DNA of 41,673 nt from an uncultured Candidatus Poseidoniales archaeon (GTDB lineage Archaea > Thermoplasmatota > Poseidoniia > Poseidoniales > Thalassarchaeaceae), in contig CAYFGC010000003.1 of assembly GCA_964342625.1 (NCBI GenBank), positions 1 to 41,673 of the forward strand, written 5' to 3'. The notes beneath the pieces are model-generated. The model saw only the letters and a program-made list of their open reading frames with translations, searched no databases and was not told the origin of the DNA. The translations under genes were made by a program, and so were the position numbers. Positions 25,660 to 34,589 of this stretch are shown here, piece after piece. Each line of letters opens with the position of its first letter. The stretch's first letter is position 1.

Positions 25660-27908
25660 TTCATAGGTTCGATAGATACGACAACTGACTTACTGGTGGG
25701 CGTATTGCTAGAATCAGCAACGCTTTCGAGTGGTATTAGGACATTCGACTCCGGAAAATAGGTCGCCACGTTACCAACGGGGATATCGTATTCTAGTATC
25801 TTCCAACCATCTGAGGAAATCTCGTTACCTTCGAAGTGAGAGGTAATACAAACGCTTTGGAATTCCTCCCAACCACGAGTTTCCATATCTTCGAGACTCA
25901 TCATCACTACCCTCCTACCATTGGAAATCCCCCTATATCTGTCACTCGTACTGTATATCGTAGTATTATACTGGTCGTGTGATCTTATCGTCATCATAAC
26001 GAACTCGTTTTTTCCTGCCAAAATCGGTTGCAATTTGTGTGTGATTATGTTCGCCAATGCATTTTTTGTTTGGAAAACTCGTTTGTCCCGTGGTGGATTA
26101 GGTAAGTAGAAACCACCATCGACTCTTGATCTCCGATTATATTCCTCGAATCCGGGTATGGTCCTCTCTATACAGTCTCTAATATTGTCATAATCAGAAA
26201 CAAGGTTCTTCCAAGGAATTCCAGAAGATTCCATTTTTTCCTCTATTGCGATAGCTATGCCGGCGACAATGGCACACTCTGAAAGTAGATGATTACTGGC
26301 CGGCCTCCTCTTGCCAATCGATTTATGGACAACCCCCATTGAATTCTCAACAGTAACAAATTGTGTCTTCCCGCCTGTGTTGTCTAGCTCAGTCCTACCC
26401 AGGCACGGTAGAATGATTCCCGTCATTCCCGTGACGAGGTGAGATCTATTAGGCTTAGTTGAAATCTGCACAGTCAAACTACATTTCTGCAAACCTTCGG
26501 CCGTGGCTTTAGTGTCCGACATTGCGGAAAGGAAGTTACCCCCCATGGAAATGAATACTCCTGCCTCTCCTTCGTTCATTTTCCTAACGGATTCCACTGC
26601 ATCTAGGCCAGCACCATCTGGAATATCTATGCCAAACTCAGTGTTCAAAGAACTCAGGAACTCATCCGAGGGATTGTGGTTTATTCCTACGGTCCTGTCT
26701 CCTTGAACATTCGAATGTCCTCTTACCGGGCAAAGGCCCGCCCCTTCCCTGCCAATATGTCCACCAAGTAGCATTACATTTGCAATTTCTTGTATTGTAG
26801 CAACAGAATTCTTGTGCTGCGTGAGTCCCATTGCCCAGCAACAGATAGTAGATCTAGACTTGCCTATTAATTCCCCAATCCTCTGAATTTCAGATTTTTG
26901 GACACCACTTATATCCACAATATCAGACCAATTGGTACTCAGCACCTCAGATCGGAATGAATCGTATCCATCCGTGAATTCTTCGACGAATTTCATGTCC
27001 TCAAAAGAATTGGACACTATTGTCTTCGCAAAACCCCTGAAAAGAGCCTGGTCGCCATTGATGCGAACTCGGACATGCTCATCCGAGATTTCATTTCCAT
27101 AACCCAGTACTTCAAGTGGGTTTTGTGGATGTTTGAATCTAACCATACCTGTCTCAATTAGTGGGTTTATGCTCACAATGGAAGCACCCATCCTCTTTGC
27201 ATCTCTGAGTGCGGTAAGCATTCGTGGATGATTTGTTCCTGGATTCTGGCCTACGACAATGATCAAGTCAGCCTTATCAAAATCATCAAGTTTCACCGTT
27301 CCCTTTCCAATTCCTATGCTTTCGGTAAGCGCAACTCCCGAAGATTCATGGCACATATTTGAACAGTCTGGCAGGTTATTTGTTCCAAAGCTCCTAGCAA
27401 GTAATTGCCAAAGATAGGCCGCCTCATTGCTAGTTCTTCCCGAAGTGTAGAAAATTGCATCGTCCGGTGAATTCAGTAATGCAAACTGCTCTGCAATTTT
27501 TTCGAATGCCTCATCCCAAGATATCTGTTCGTAGTAGTTAGTATCTGGCCTAAGTATTAGGGGATGAGTAATCCTACCTTGGGAATTCAACCAATGGTCT
27601 GGTTTTTTTGATAATTCTGATACACTCCACTCGGACCAGAATTTCGGACTGGCTCTATTTTTGGTTCCTTCGTCGGCTATCGCCTTAGCTCCATTTTCGC
27701 AAAATTCTGCAAAGGTTCTCCTTTGATCAGGGTCTGGCCATGCGCAACCGGGACAATCAAAACCGTGGAATTTATTCACATTGGATAAATTCGAGAGGCT
27801 TGTGAGAACCCCCATCTTGGAAACACTATGCTTTACCGTGGAAAATATTGCCGGAAAACCCGCTGCTGATTTGCTAGGGGATCCTCTACTAGGGCGACCA
27901 TCTTCCAT
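25656..27908 (-). CDS. FdhF/YdeP-family molybdopterin oxidoreductase
   Basis: GFDCPGCAWPD, EFCENGAKA, FYTSGRTSNEAA, NNLPDCSNMCHESSG, RGHSNVQGDR, TIRSHDQYNTTIY. Confidence 0.94.
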   Translation of the reverse strand: MEDGRPSRGSPSKSAAGFPAIFSTVKHSVSKMGVLTSLSNLSNVNKFHGFDCPGCAWPDPDQRRTFAEFCENGAKAIADEGTKNRASPKFWSEWSVSELSKKPDHWLNSQGRITHPLILRPDTNYYEQISWDEAFEKIAEQFALLNSPDDAIFYTSGRTSNEAAYLWQLLARSFGTNNLPDCSNMCHESSGVALTESIGIGKGTVKLDDFDKADLIIVVGQNPGTNHPRMLTALRDAKRMGASIVSINPLIETGMVRFKHPQNPLEVLGYGNEISDEHVRVRINGDQALFRGFAKTIVSNSFEDMKFVEEFTDGYDSFRSEVLSTNWSDIVDISGVQKSEIQRIGELIGKSRSTICCWAMGLTQHKNSVATIQEIANVMLLGGHIGREGAGLCPVRGHSNVQGDRTVGINHNPSDEFLSSLNTEFGIDIPDGAGLDAVESVRKMNEGEAGVFISMGGNFLSAMSDTKATAEGLQKCSLTVQISTKPNRSHLVTGMTGIILPCLGRTELDNTGGKTQFVTVENSMGVVHKSIGKRRPASNHLLSECAIVAGIAIAIEEKMESSGIPWKNLVSDYDNIRDCIERTIPGFEEYNRRSRVDGGFYLPNPPRDKRVFQTKNALANIITHKLQPILAGKNEFVMMTIRSHDQYNTTIYSTSDRYRGISNGRRVVMMSLEDMETRGWEEFQSVCITSHFEGNEISSDGWKILEYDIPVGNVATYFPESNVLIPLESVADSSNTPTSKSVVVSIEPMN

Positions 27909-28011
27909 CGGTGTCGTTGCATCGGGAGCTACTCTCACGAGACAAAATAATGAGTCAGGCATTTCAAAGTAGTGAGGGTAACATAATGGCTGACTACTAG
28001 TGTGGACAAAT

Positions 28012-28983
28012 ATGCCCGAACCTGTGCATGTCGTCACAGGGGCATTTGGGTATTCGGGTAGGTGGATTGCAAGGGAACTGCTTTCAAGGGGCAAAAGAGT
28101 GAGGACACTTACTAATGCCAAAGGTAGGGATGATCCTTTTCATGGAAGGGTCGAAGTTCTGCCAATCGATTTCACTGATCATGAATCACTAGTTTCTTCA
28201 CTCAGGGGTGCAGATGTTCTGTACAACACCTATTGGGTCAGATACAAGAATCGCAAGGATGGCTATGCTCACGAGATAGCAGTAGAAAACATTCGTAGGC
28301 TGTTTTTGGCCGCCGAGGAAGCCGGAGTAAAGAGAGTAGTGCATTTTTCCGTTGCTCACCCCCAAAAGGCACCCGATTGGTCATATTTCAGAGGCAAGGT
28401 GGAAGTAGAGCAGATTCTAACTGAGTCAAATCTTTCCTATGCAATATTGAGGCCCACCGTATTCTTTGGAGGTGAAAGGGACGTCCTAATCAATAATATG
28501 TCATGGCTAATACGCAGATTTCCAGTTTTCGGAATATTCGGTATGGGCAACTACCCAATCCAACCCGTACATATCGAGGATGTTGCGAGGGTCGCTGTCG
28601 ATCAAGGAGAGTCCGAAGAGGACACAGTACTCGATGTCGCTGGCCCAGAGACTTTCACCTACAGGGATTATGTGTCCCTAATTGCAAAATCTATTGGCGT
28701 AAGGAGATTGATCATCCCCGTACCACCAATAATTGGATGGTCAGTAGGAAAGATTGTTGGAGTGATATTACAGGACAGAGTGATTACGAGGGCAGAGATA
28801 AAGGGGCTTATGCGAGGACTGATGGCTACCGATGCAAGACCCCTTGGAAAAATCAAGTTTTCAGAGTGGATTGCGATAAATGGCGATAGCCTAGGGACAA
28901 AGTACCATAATGATCTGAAGGAGAGAAAATACACAGATCCCCGTAGTAATCTACTCCAAAACTCTTCTAACTCCGCTAAATAG
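28012..28983 (+). CDS. Atypical SDR / NAD-dependent epimerase (NDUFA9-like)
   Basis: VTGAFGYSG Rossmann motif, YFRGK, ILRPT, QPVHIEDVA, AGPETFTY. Confidence 0.85.
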   Translation: MPEPVHVVTGAFGYSGRWIARELLSRGKRVRTLTNAKGRDDPFHGRVEVLPIDFTDHESLVSSLRGADVLYNTYWVRYKNRKDGYAHEIAVENIRRLFLAAEEAGVKRVVHFSVAHPQKAPDWSYFRGKVEVEQILTESNLSYAILRPTVFFGGERDVLINNMSWLIRRFPVFGIFGMGNYPIQPVHIEDVARVAVDQGESEEDTVLDVAGPETFTYRDYVSLIAKSIGVRRLIIPVPPIIGWSVGKIVGVILQDRVITRAEIKGLMRGLMATDARPLGKIKFSEWIAINGDSLGTKYHNDLKERKYTDPRSNLLQNSSNSAK

Positions 28984-29754
28984 TGTGATGGACTCGTTCT
29001 TAGCAAAACATCCCAGAGTCAAGCCATGTTCTCTAGCCAAGTCAACAGCTAGTGTACTAGGGGCACCTACTGCTATCATTATTGGAAATCCTGCACGTAT
29101 GGATTTTTGAACGAGTTCAAATGAAGCTCTCCCGGATACAAATGCCGCCAATCCAGACTTCGGCAAACTCCCTTTTTCAAGGTATGAACCAACAAGCTTG
29201 TCAAACGCATTATGGCGACCCACATCTTCGAAAACCCGGTGAATCGTTCCATCATTCGAAAAGCTTGCACACGCATGTGAGCCTCCTGTTTTAGAGAAGA
29301 TCTCCTGCCTTTCAACAATTGAGTTTAGGCATTTTGCTATAGCTCCCAATTTAATCTGCAAACCCTCATCTAACACTTCACTATATTCAGCTGGGACATT
29401 TGATAATTCTAGACGACCACATATTCCACATGATGATGTCACAGTAGTCGTCCTACAATGCTTCGATGGATCAAACAATGAACTATCGTTTAGCGTAATC
29501 TCTACTATGTCATCCCCAACAGCAATATCTTCGATTTCTTCAGCAGATGAGATGATTCCCTCAGAGTAAATGAATCCAAGTGAAAGCAGCTTATCGTGTC
29601 CCACGGTCCTCATTGTTATTCCAAGTTCATGTCTGCCGTGCTTGTCGCTTTCTACTACAATCGAAAGTGGACTTTCGGTGGCTATTTGGTCAACACTGCG
29701 AATAATGCCATCCTCTGTGAGTTTAGCGATATCCCTAGTCTCAAAGCCATCCAT
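28951..29754 (-). CDS. fdhD: Formate dehydrogenase accessory sulfurtransferase FdhD
   Basis: SSCGICG, TGGSHA, EDVGRHNAFDK, SGRASFELVQK, APSTLAV. Confidence 0.95.
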   Translation of the reverse strand: MDGFETRDIAKLTEDGIIRSVDQIATESPLSIVVESDKHGRHELGITMRTVGHDKLLSLGFIYSEGIISSAEEIEDIAVGDDIVEITLNDSSLFDPSKHCRTTTVTSSCGICGRLELSNVPAEYSEVLDEGLQIKLGAIAKCLNSIVERQEIFSKTGGSHACASFSNDGTIHRVFEDVGRHNAFDKLVGSYLEKGSLPKSGLAAFVSGRASFELVQKSIRAGFPIMIAVGAPSTLAVDLAREHGLTLGCFAKNESITLFSGVRRVLE

Positions 29755-29836
29755 GGTTACGGCAGACGAGCTTGATTGATATGTCTGACGAGTGTTTGGA
29801 GGAACCGTTGAAATAGAACCGTTTCAACAGGCATTC

Positions 29837-30223
29837 ATGGGATTGTTAGGAGGAGAGGGATTCTCATTACCCGTAGTAACCGAAACTGAAGTCGTAGACG
29901 TCAATCTGAACTTTTCCGAAGCGGCCATATCCGCACTAAAACAAAATATGGCAGGAGACGAGGAATCACACGTACTCGTTATTAGTGCACAATCTGGCGG
30001 TTGTTCGGGTTACCTATACGATATGAAAATAATAGAAGATCCTGGGAACGACGGTTTCCAGAGAATCGATATAGGGGGCATTGAAGTATTAGTTCACAAC
30101 AAAGACAGCACAATGTTGAGTGGAATTAATATTGACTTCAAAGAGACCCTGATGGGTGGTGGATTCCAAATTGAGAATCCCAACGCCGATCGCTCTTGTG
30201 GATGCGGTCAGTCATTCGGCTGA
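29837..30223 (+). CDS. iscA: A-type Fe-S carrier (IscA/ErpA/HesB); start uncertain
   Basis: GGCSGY and NPNA...CGCGQSF. Confidence 0.9.
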   Translation: MGLLGGEGFSLPVVTETEVVDVNLNFSEAAISALKQNMAGDEESHVLVISAQSGGCSGYLYDMKIIEDPGNDGFQRIDIGGIEVLVHNKDSTMLSGINIDFKETLMGGGFQIENPNADRSCGCGQSFG

Positions 30224-30231
30224 GGTGTTTT

Positions 30232-31140
30232 TTGTCTGCTACGAATCCCAGATCAGCGTTCTTCGTTCGCAACGAGGCAGTAACCTTAATTCAAGGGCGT
30301 AACTCATTAGATGTACTCGATAGGATTGTTTCTACCAAAATCATAGATATGCCCGACCTTACTAGAAGAAATGCCCTGTTCTGTGAGTCCAATGGTAGAA
30401 TCTACGACATGGCGACAATTTACACAATTACTGGTAATGTACTGTTGTCATCATCAAGCTCTGGGAAGGAAGCTACTCGTAGGAAACTTGTTGACGGAAC
30501 TTCATGGGATGAAGATTGCGAAGTCCTTGTCGCTGACAATGCGATATTCCGAATTTCCATTTTCCCTTACGATTACTCAGTCGTCAAAGAATTGTTTGGG
30601 GTTGATCTACAGGAATCTAATACGGATGAATTAATTGAGAAGGACGACCATCTATTTGTGAAAATCAAGTCCACTATTGGAAATATAATCGAACTCCTAG
30701 TAAAGTATGAGAACTTGGAAAAAATATCCTCTCTTTTGCGTGATTCAGAATTCAAAGAAATGAATTCTAACGAATGGGATAATTACAGAATAATGCTAGG
30801 AATTACGGAAATGTGTGACGTTCAGGGAAATCTACCGGACGAAATGGGTTTGGGGGGACTTGTTAGCAATGACAAGGGATGCTATCCTGGTCAAGAAGTC
30901 CATGCGAGGTTAGAGAGTCGAGGAAGAAAAATCAAAAGTATTTGCAGGATTATAGGTGATTCCCCACTCAACTTAGGAAAACAACAAACTCCAGATTTCG
31001 GTAAAATCTCAATTACCTCTGCAGGATTCTTTGATGGACAAGCATATGCTCTTGCATTAATTAGACTCGGTAATTCAAATGTAAAAAATATCCAGATTGA
31101 AGGCAACGACTATTCCATAGAGGTCATGAGCCATCCTTGA
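30232..31140 (+). CDS. ygfZ: YgfZ/Iba57-family (GcvT-like) Fe-S maturation protein
   Basis: Signature KGCYPGQE..AR; TTG start after GAGGTG, 8 nt downstream of iscA. Confidence 0.85.
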   Translation: MSATNPRSAFFVRNEAVTLIQGRNSLDVLDRIVSTKIIDMPDLTRRNALFCESNGRIYDMATIYTITGNVLLSSSSSGKEATRRKLVDGTSWDEDCEVLVADNAIFRISIFPYDYSVVKELFGVDLQESNTDELIEKDDHLFVKIKSTIGNIIELLVKYENLEKISSLLRDSEFKEMNSNEWDNYRIMLGITEMCDVQGNLPDEMGLGGLVSNDKGCYPGQEVHARLESRGRKIKSICRIIGDSPLNLGKQQTPDFGKISITSAGFFDGQAYALALIRLGNSNVKNIQIEGNDYSIEVMSHP

Positions 31141-32200
31141 TTATTGACTCATAATCTTCACCCGATTCAAGCCACACGGAGAGTGGCATCAAGGGGATGA
31201 TCCTTAGTGATCCCAGATTTCTGTTGAATAGATATACATCAGGATTGAAAATTTCTACCATCTGTCTTTGGAATGTCATTCGAACGCCGCTTCCCCTATT
31301 TCGGAAAAAGAGAATCTCAACAGTAATGCCTATGATTGTCGCCGTGTAAAGTACTAACAGTACGCTGATGGAAAATGGCACGGGGTCAATAAGTAGCTGA
31401 CCCGTCCTGATCTTAGACCCATACATCAACTGCCTGGACAAGAGGAAAACTAGCCCCACTCCAACCCAAGGGCCTAGTTTCTCGTCGACATAGGCCTCCA
31501 TAGGAATTATCCTCCGATTAGTTGGATCAGCAAATGTGAGTGTGCTTTCAGTTGCAGCCCTGATCACCGATATTGCAGATACGAGGATTATGTATACAAA
31601 TGCGCTTAGTAGTAGAACGTGAAATGAGCTAATTGGTGCGTATGAGACTATTAGGTAAGCAAATAGCCCTAGAAATACTGTTGTTGGCATTCTATGTATT
31701 GATGCCAATGCCTTACCGAACTCCTTGGAACCATCATCTAGCCTGGGTATGCCAATTATCTCCCACCGGGTATATTTCTGAATTACTACAGCAACTCCAG
31801 AAAGAGCCCGTTTGTCTATCAAAATCCACTCTACTAGTCTTAGTAGGGGCATCATTGGGATGCTGATAATGGCAGCAAAAATCCCTACTAGTGGCCATAG
31901 AATTAGGCTAGGGAAAAGAAGAAAATGCTGAATCCTCAGCCTATGCAGGAGATCCGACTCTATCCTAGCCTGCCTTTCAGAGGTAAGGTGCACCCTTCTA
32001 GCCTCAGCATCTAACTCGCCCCTGTATCTTACTAGTGGCATTCCTGCATCTAGCACTCTGCGGACCTTCTCCCTGTAGTGTTCGTGCTCGGGTTCAATCC
32101 CAACCCACCACCTCCATGCAAAGGATACTGGAAGGGCAAAGAATACGGGAGATACTAGAATTAGGACAGAAGTGACCATAGCCTCGTAATCATCGACCAC
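31124..32200 (-). CDS. Hypothetical multi-pass membrane protein
   Basis: 358-aa ORF with about 6-7 hydrophobic segments; no motif recognised. Confidence 0.75.
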   Translation of the reverse strand: MVDDYEAMVTSVLILVSPVFFALPVSFAWRWWVGIEPEHEHYREKVRRVLDAGMPLVRYRGELDAEARRVHLTSERQARIESDLLHRLRIQHFLLFPSLILWPLVGIFAAIISIPMMPLLRLVEWILIDKRALSGVAVVIQKYTRWEIIGIPRLDDGSKEFGKALASIHRMPTTVFLGLFAYLIVSYAPISSFHVLLLSAFVYIILVSAISVIRAATESTLTFADPTNRRIIPMEAYVDEKLGPWVGVGLVFLLSRQLMYGSKIRTGQLLIDPVPFSISVLLVLYTATIIGITVEILFFRNRGSGVRMTFQRQMVEIFNPDVYLFNRNLGSLRIIPLMPLSVWLESGEDYESIIKDGS

Positions 32201-32256
32201 GTGTTCGCGTTGAGTCTACTAACTATAATGAAATGGTAGACATTTGGTTAAATCTA

Positions 32257-32850
32257 CTATATTGCGGACTCATAATTATCAGCGACAGCGTTCCAGTCGA
32301 CAACATTCCACCATGCTTCGATGTAAGTTGCTCTACCAGGTCCGTAACTCTTGTAGTAGGCGTGCTCCCATACATCAATTCCCAGTATGGGGACTCCCTC
32401 ACCGATCATTAGGGGGTTGTCTTGATTTGGCGTCGAGCAAATACACAAATTGCCAGCACTGACGCATAGCCAAGCCCATCCGCTGCCAAATCTAGTCATT
32501 GCTGCTTTTGCGAACTGTTCCTTCATAGAATCAAATGATCCAAACGCGTCTTCGATTGCACCCCCAAGAGCACCACTGGGATCCCCCCCACCGTTTGGTG
32601 ACATTGTAGACCAGAATAAGCTATGGTTCCAGAAACCCCCTCCATTGTTTCTTACTGCAGCGTTATCGAATTTGTTTACCATCAATTCTTCGATAGTCAT
32701 ACCCTCCATATCCGTTCCATCTATTGCAGCATTGAGATTAGCAGTGTAACCTGCGTGATGCTTTGAGTGATGTAGCTCCATTGTCTCGGCATCGATATGT
32801 GGCTCAAGTGCGTCGTATGCATATTCTAGTTCTGGCAATTCAAATCCCAT
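32257..32850 (-). CDS. sodA: Fe/Mn superoxide dismutase, likely Mn type
   Basis: [49 protein letters not shown]. Confidence 0.95.
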   Translation of the reverse strand: MGFELPELEYAYDALEPHIDAETMELHHSKHHAGYTANLNAAIDGTDMEGMTIEELMVNKFDNAAVRNNGGGFWNHSLFWSTMSPNGGGDPSGALGGAIEDAFGSFDSMKEQFAKAAMTRFGSGWAWLCVSAGNLCICSTPNQDNPLMIGEGVPILGIDVWEHAYYKSYGPGRATYIEAWWNVVDWNAVADNYESAI

Positions 32851-32939
32851 TGTATCAATTTATGAAAAAGGGGTACTGAATATCAATGCACCGGATGCAA
32901 ATTCAAAACGTTGATGCACATCTTTGCGCAAGTAGTGGC

Positions 32940-33911
32940 ATGGCTCGCATAGCCGTCACGGACGGGATGGCTCCCGATGCTGTGGAGATGCTCGAAAAAG
33001 AAGGCCATGAAGTAGTATTGCGCCATCATGATCCAGCCGAGATATCTTCTGGATCCCTGGCTCTATTCGATGCAGTAGTCATCCGTAGCGCAACAAAACT
33101 TCCTGCAGACCAAATTTCTGCATCTATCAAAGATGACGGTGGAATACGCTTCATTGGAAGAGCAGGCGTTGGTGTTGACAACATAGACGTCGATGAAGCA
33201 ACAAAATACGGAATAGTTGTTTGTAATACGCCTGGAGCTTCAACTAGAAGTGTCGTGGAGATGACGATAGGACATCTCATCGCATCGACTAGGAATATTG
33301 CTACTGCAGACCGAACTCTAAGGGATGGACTCTGGGCAAAGAAGAATCTCAGGGGTTCTGAGATCGGTGGGAAAAGACTCGGTCTGATAGGCTTCGGAAG
33401 GATTGCTCGCGGCGTTGCTCAGGCAGCCAGGTCCTTTGGAATGGATGTTCACGCATACGACCCATTTGTTACTAATTCTATTGAAGGCATTACGATGCAT
33501 GAAAGCGTAGACGATATTTTCGCCAACTGCACACATATCTCTGTTCATTGCAACCTTACAGATGAAACTAGGAACTTGGTTAACACAGAAAGGATATCGA
33601 CTATGCCCGGAGTAGGTGCCGATGGTATCGATTGTGGCAACCATATCGTGAGTTGCGCAAGGGGGGGGATAGTTGATGAAGAAGCAGCACTAATGGCCTT
33701 GGAATCCGGCCAATTGCGAACCCTGGCTTTGGATGTCTTTGAATCAGAGCCCCTCGGACTAAGCCCCCTGCTTAATCACGATTCATTCCACGGAAGTCCA
33801 CACATAGCAGCATCAACTCTTGAAGCTCAAGCTAGAATTGGCACAGAGATGGCATCATTGTTAATCGAGTACTTCGAAACGGGCAAAACAAGCACATCGC
33901 TAAATTTCTGA
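32940..33911 (+). CDS. serA: D-2-hydroxyacid dehydrogenase, short D-3-phosphoglycerate dehydrogenase type (no ACT domain)
   Basis: IRSATK, GRAGVGVDNID, GLIGFGRIA, ARGGIVDE, LDVFESEP, PHIAASTLEAQ. Confidence 0.82.
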   Translation: MARIAVTDGMAPDAVEMLEKEGHEVVLRHHDPAEISSGSLALFDAVVIRSATKLPADQISASIKDDGGIRFIGRAGVGVDNIDVDEATKYGIVVCNTPGASTRSVVEMTIGHLIASTRNIATADRTLRDGLWAKKNLRGSEIGGKRLGLIGFGRIARGVAQAARSFGMDVHAYDPFVTNSIEGITMHESVDDIFANCTHISVHCNLTDETRNLVNTERISTMPGVGADGIDCGNHIVSCARGGIVDEEAALMALESGQLRTLALDVFESEPLGLSPLLNHDSFHGSPHIAASTLEAQARIGTEMASLLIEYFETGKTSTSLNF

Positions 33912-33946
33912 TGCAGTGACAATGTTGATGCCTACTGACACAATGT

Positions 33947-34588
33947 ATGCCCATGGAGGTTGGGAGGCCGTGCACATACTCCGGTTGTCGAAGAACTGCC
34001 CAGTTCAACAGTGATTTCTGCTCCGAACATCCGAATGAAGTATCTCACATAAGCAACCAGCTAATTAGGTTCGAGATTGATGGAAAAAAGAAGACCGTAG
34101 ATTCCAAGGAAATTGAACACCTCCTCAATCGCTTGAAAAAGGCCAAGAAATTCTGGATAGTAGATCTGACAGTTGACGAAAATGAGTTTGTACAATATGC
34201 GATAGAAAAGGGGGAACTAGAGCATTGGGACAGATTGGAAATGATAGAAAGCAAGGAAATGACCACAGAGGATGCATTCTCCACTCTTCGAACCAAGATA
34301 ACGGGCGACTATTCGGGGCACGAAATATGGTGGTCTGAAGATGGGAAACCCCTCTCCGACGAGTCCACAGGCCACAGCGAAGAAGAATTAGACCAACAAG
34401 GGAAAAATCATCCGATATTATTTGCTTTAGGCGCCATTGCTGCCATTTTCTTAATAGCAATGTTCATTTCAAATCCCGGATTGTTTGTCGGCGAACTGTT
34501 TATTCAGGGAATATGTGGTCTAATATTTTTAGGCGGAGCAGGGGCTTCTACACTTGGAAGATCCGACACTGGCAAATTTACCAAATAA
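33947..34588 (+). CDS. Hypothetical protein with N-terminal C-x4-C-x10-C-x2-H motif and C-terminal TM region
   Basis: CTYSGCRRTAQFNSDFCSEH; hydrophobic ILFALGAIAAIFLIAMFI and LFIQGICGLIFLGG. Confidence 0.65.
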   Translation: MPMEVGRPCTYSGCRRTAQFNSDFCSEHPNEVSHISNQLIRFEIDGKKKTVDSKEIEHLLNRLKKAKKFWIVDLTVDENEFVQYAIEKGELEHWDRLEMIESKEMTTEDAFSTLRTKITGDYSGHEIWWSEDGKPLSDESTGHSEEELDQQGKNHPILFALGAIAAIFLIAMFISNPGLFVGELFIQGICGLIFLGGAGASTLGRSDTGKFTK

Positions 34589-34589
34589 G

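Noticed and set aside
27909-28121. N-terminal extension of the YdeP-like ORF overlapping the SDR gene
   Set aside because: Family-like sequence begins near ATG 27908; the extension is the antisense of the SDR start.
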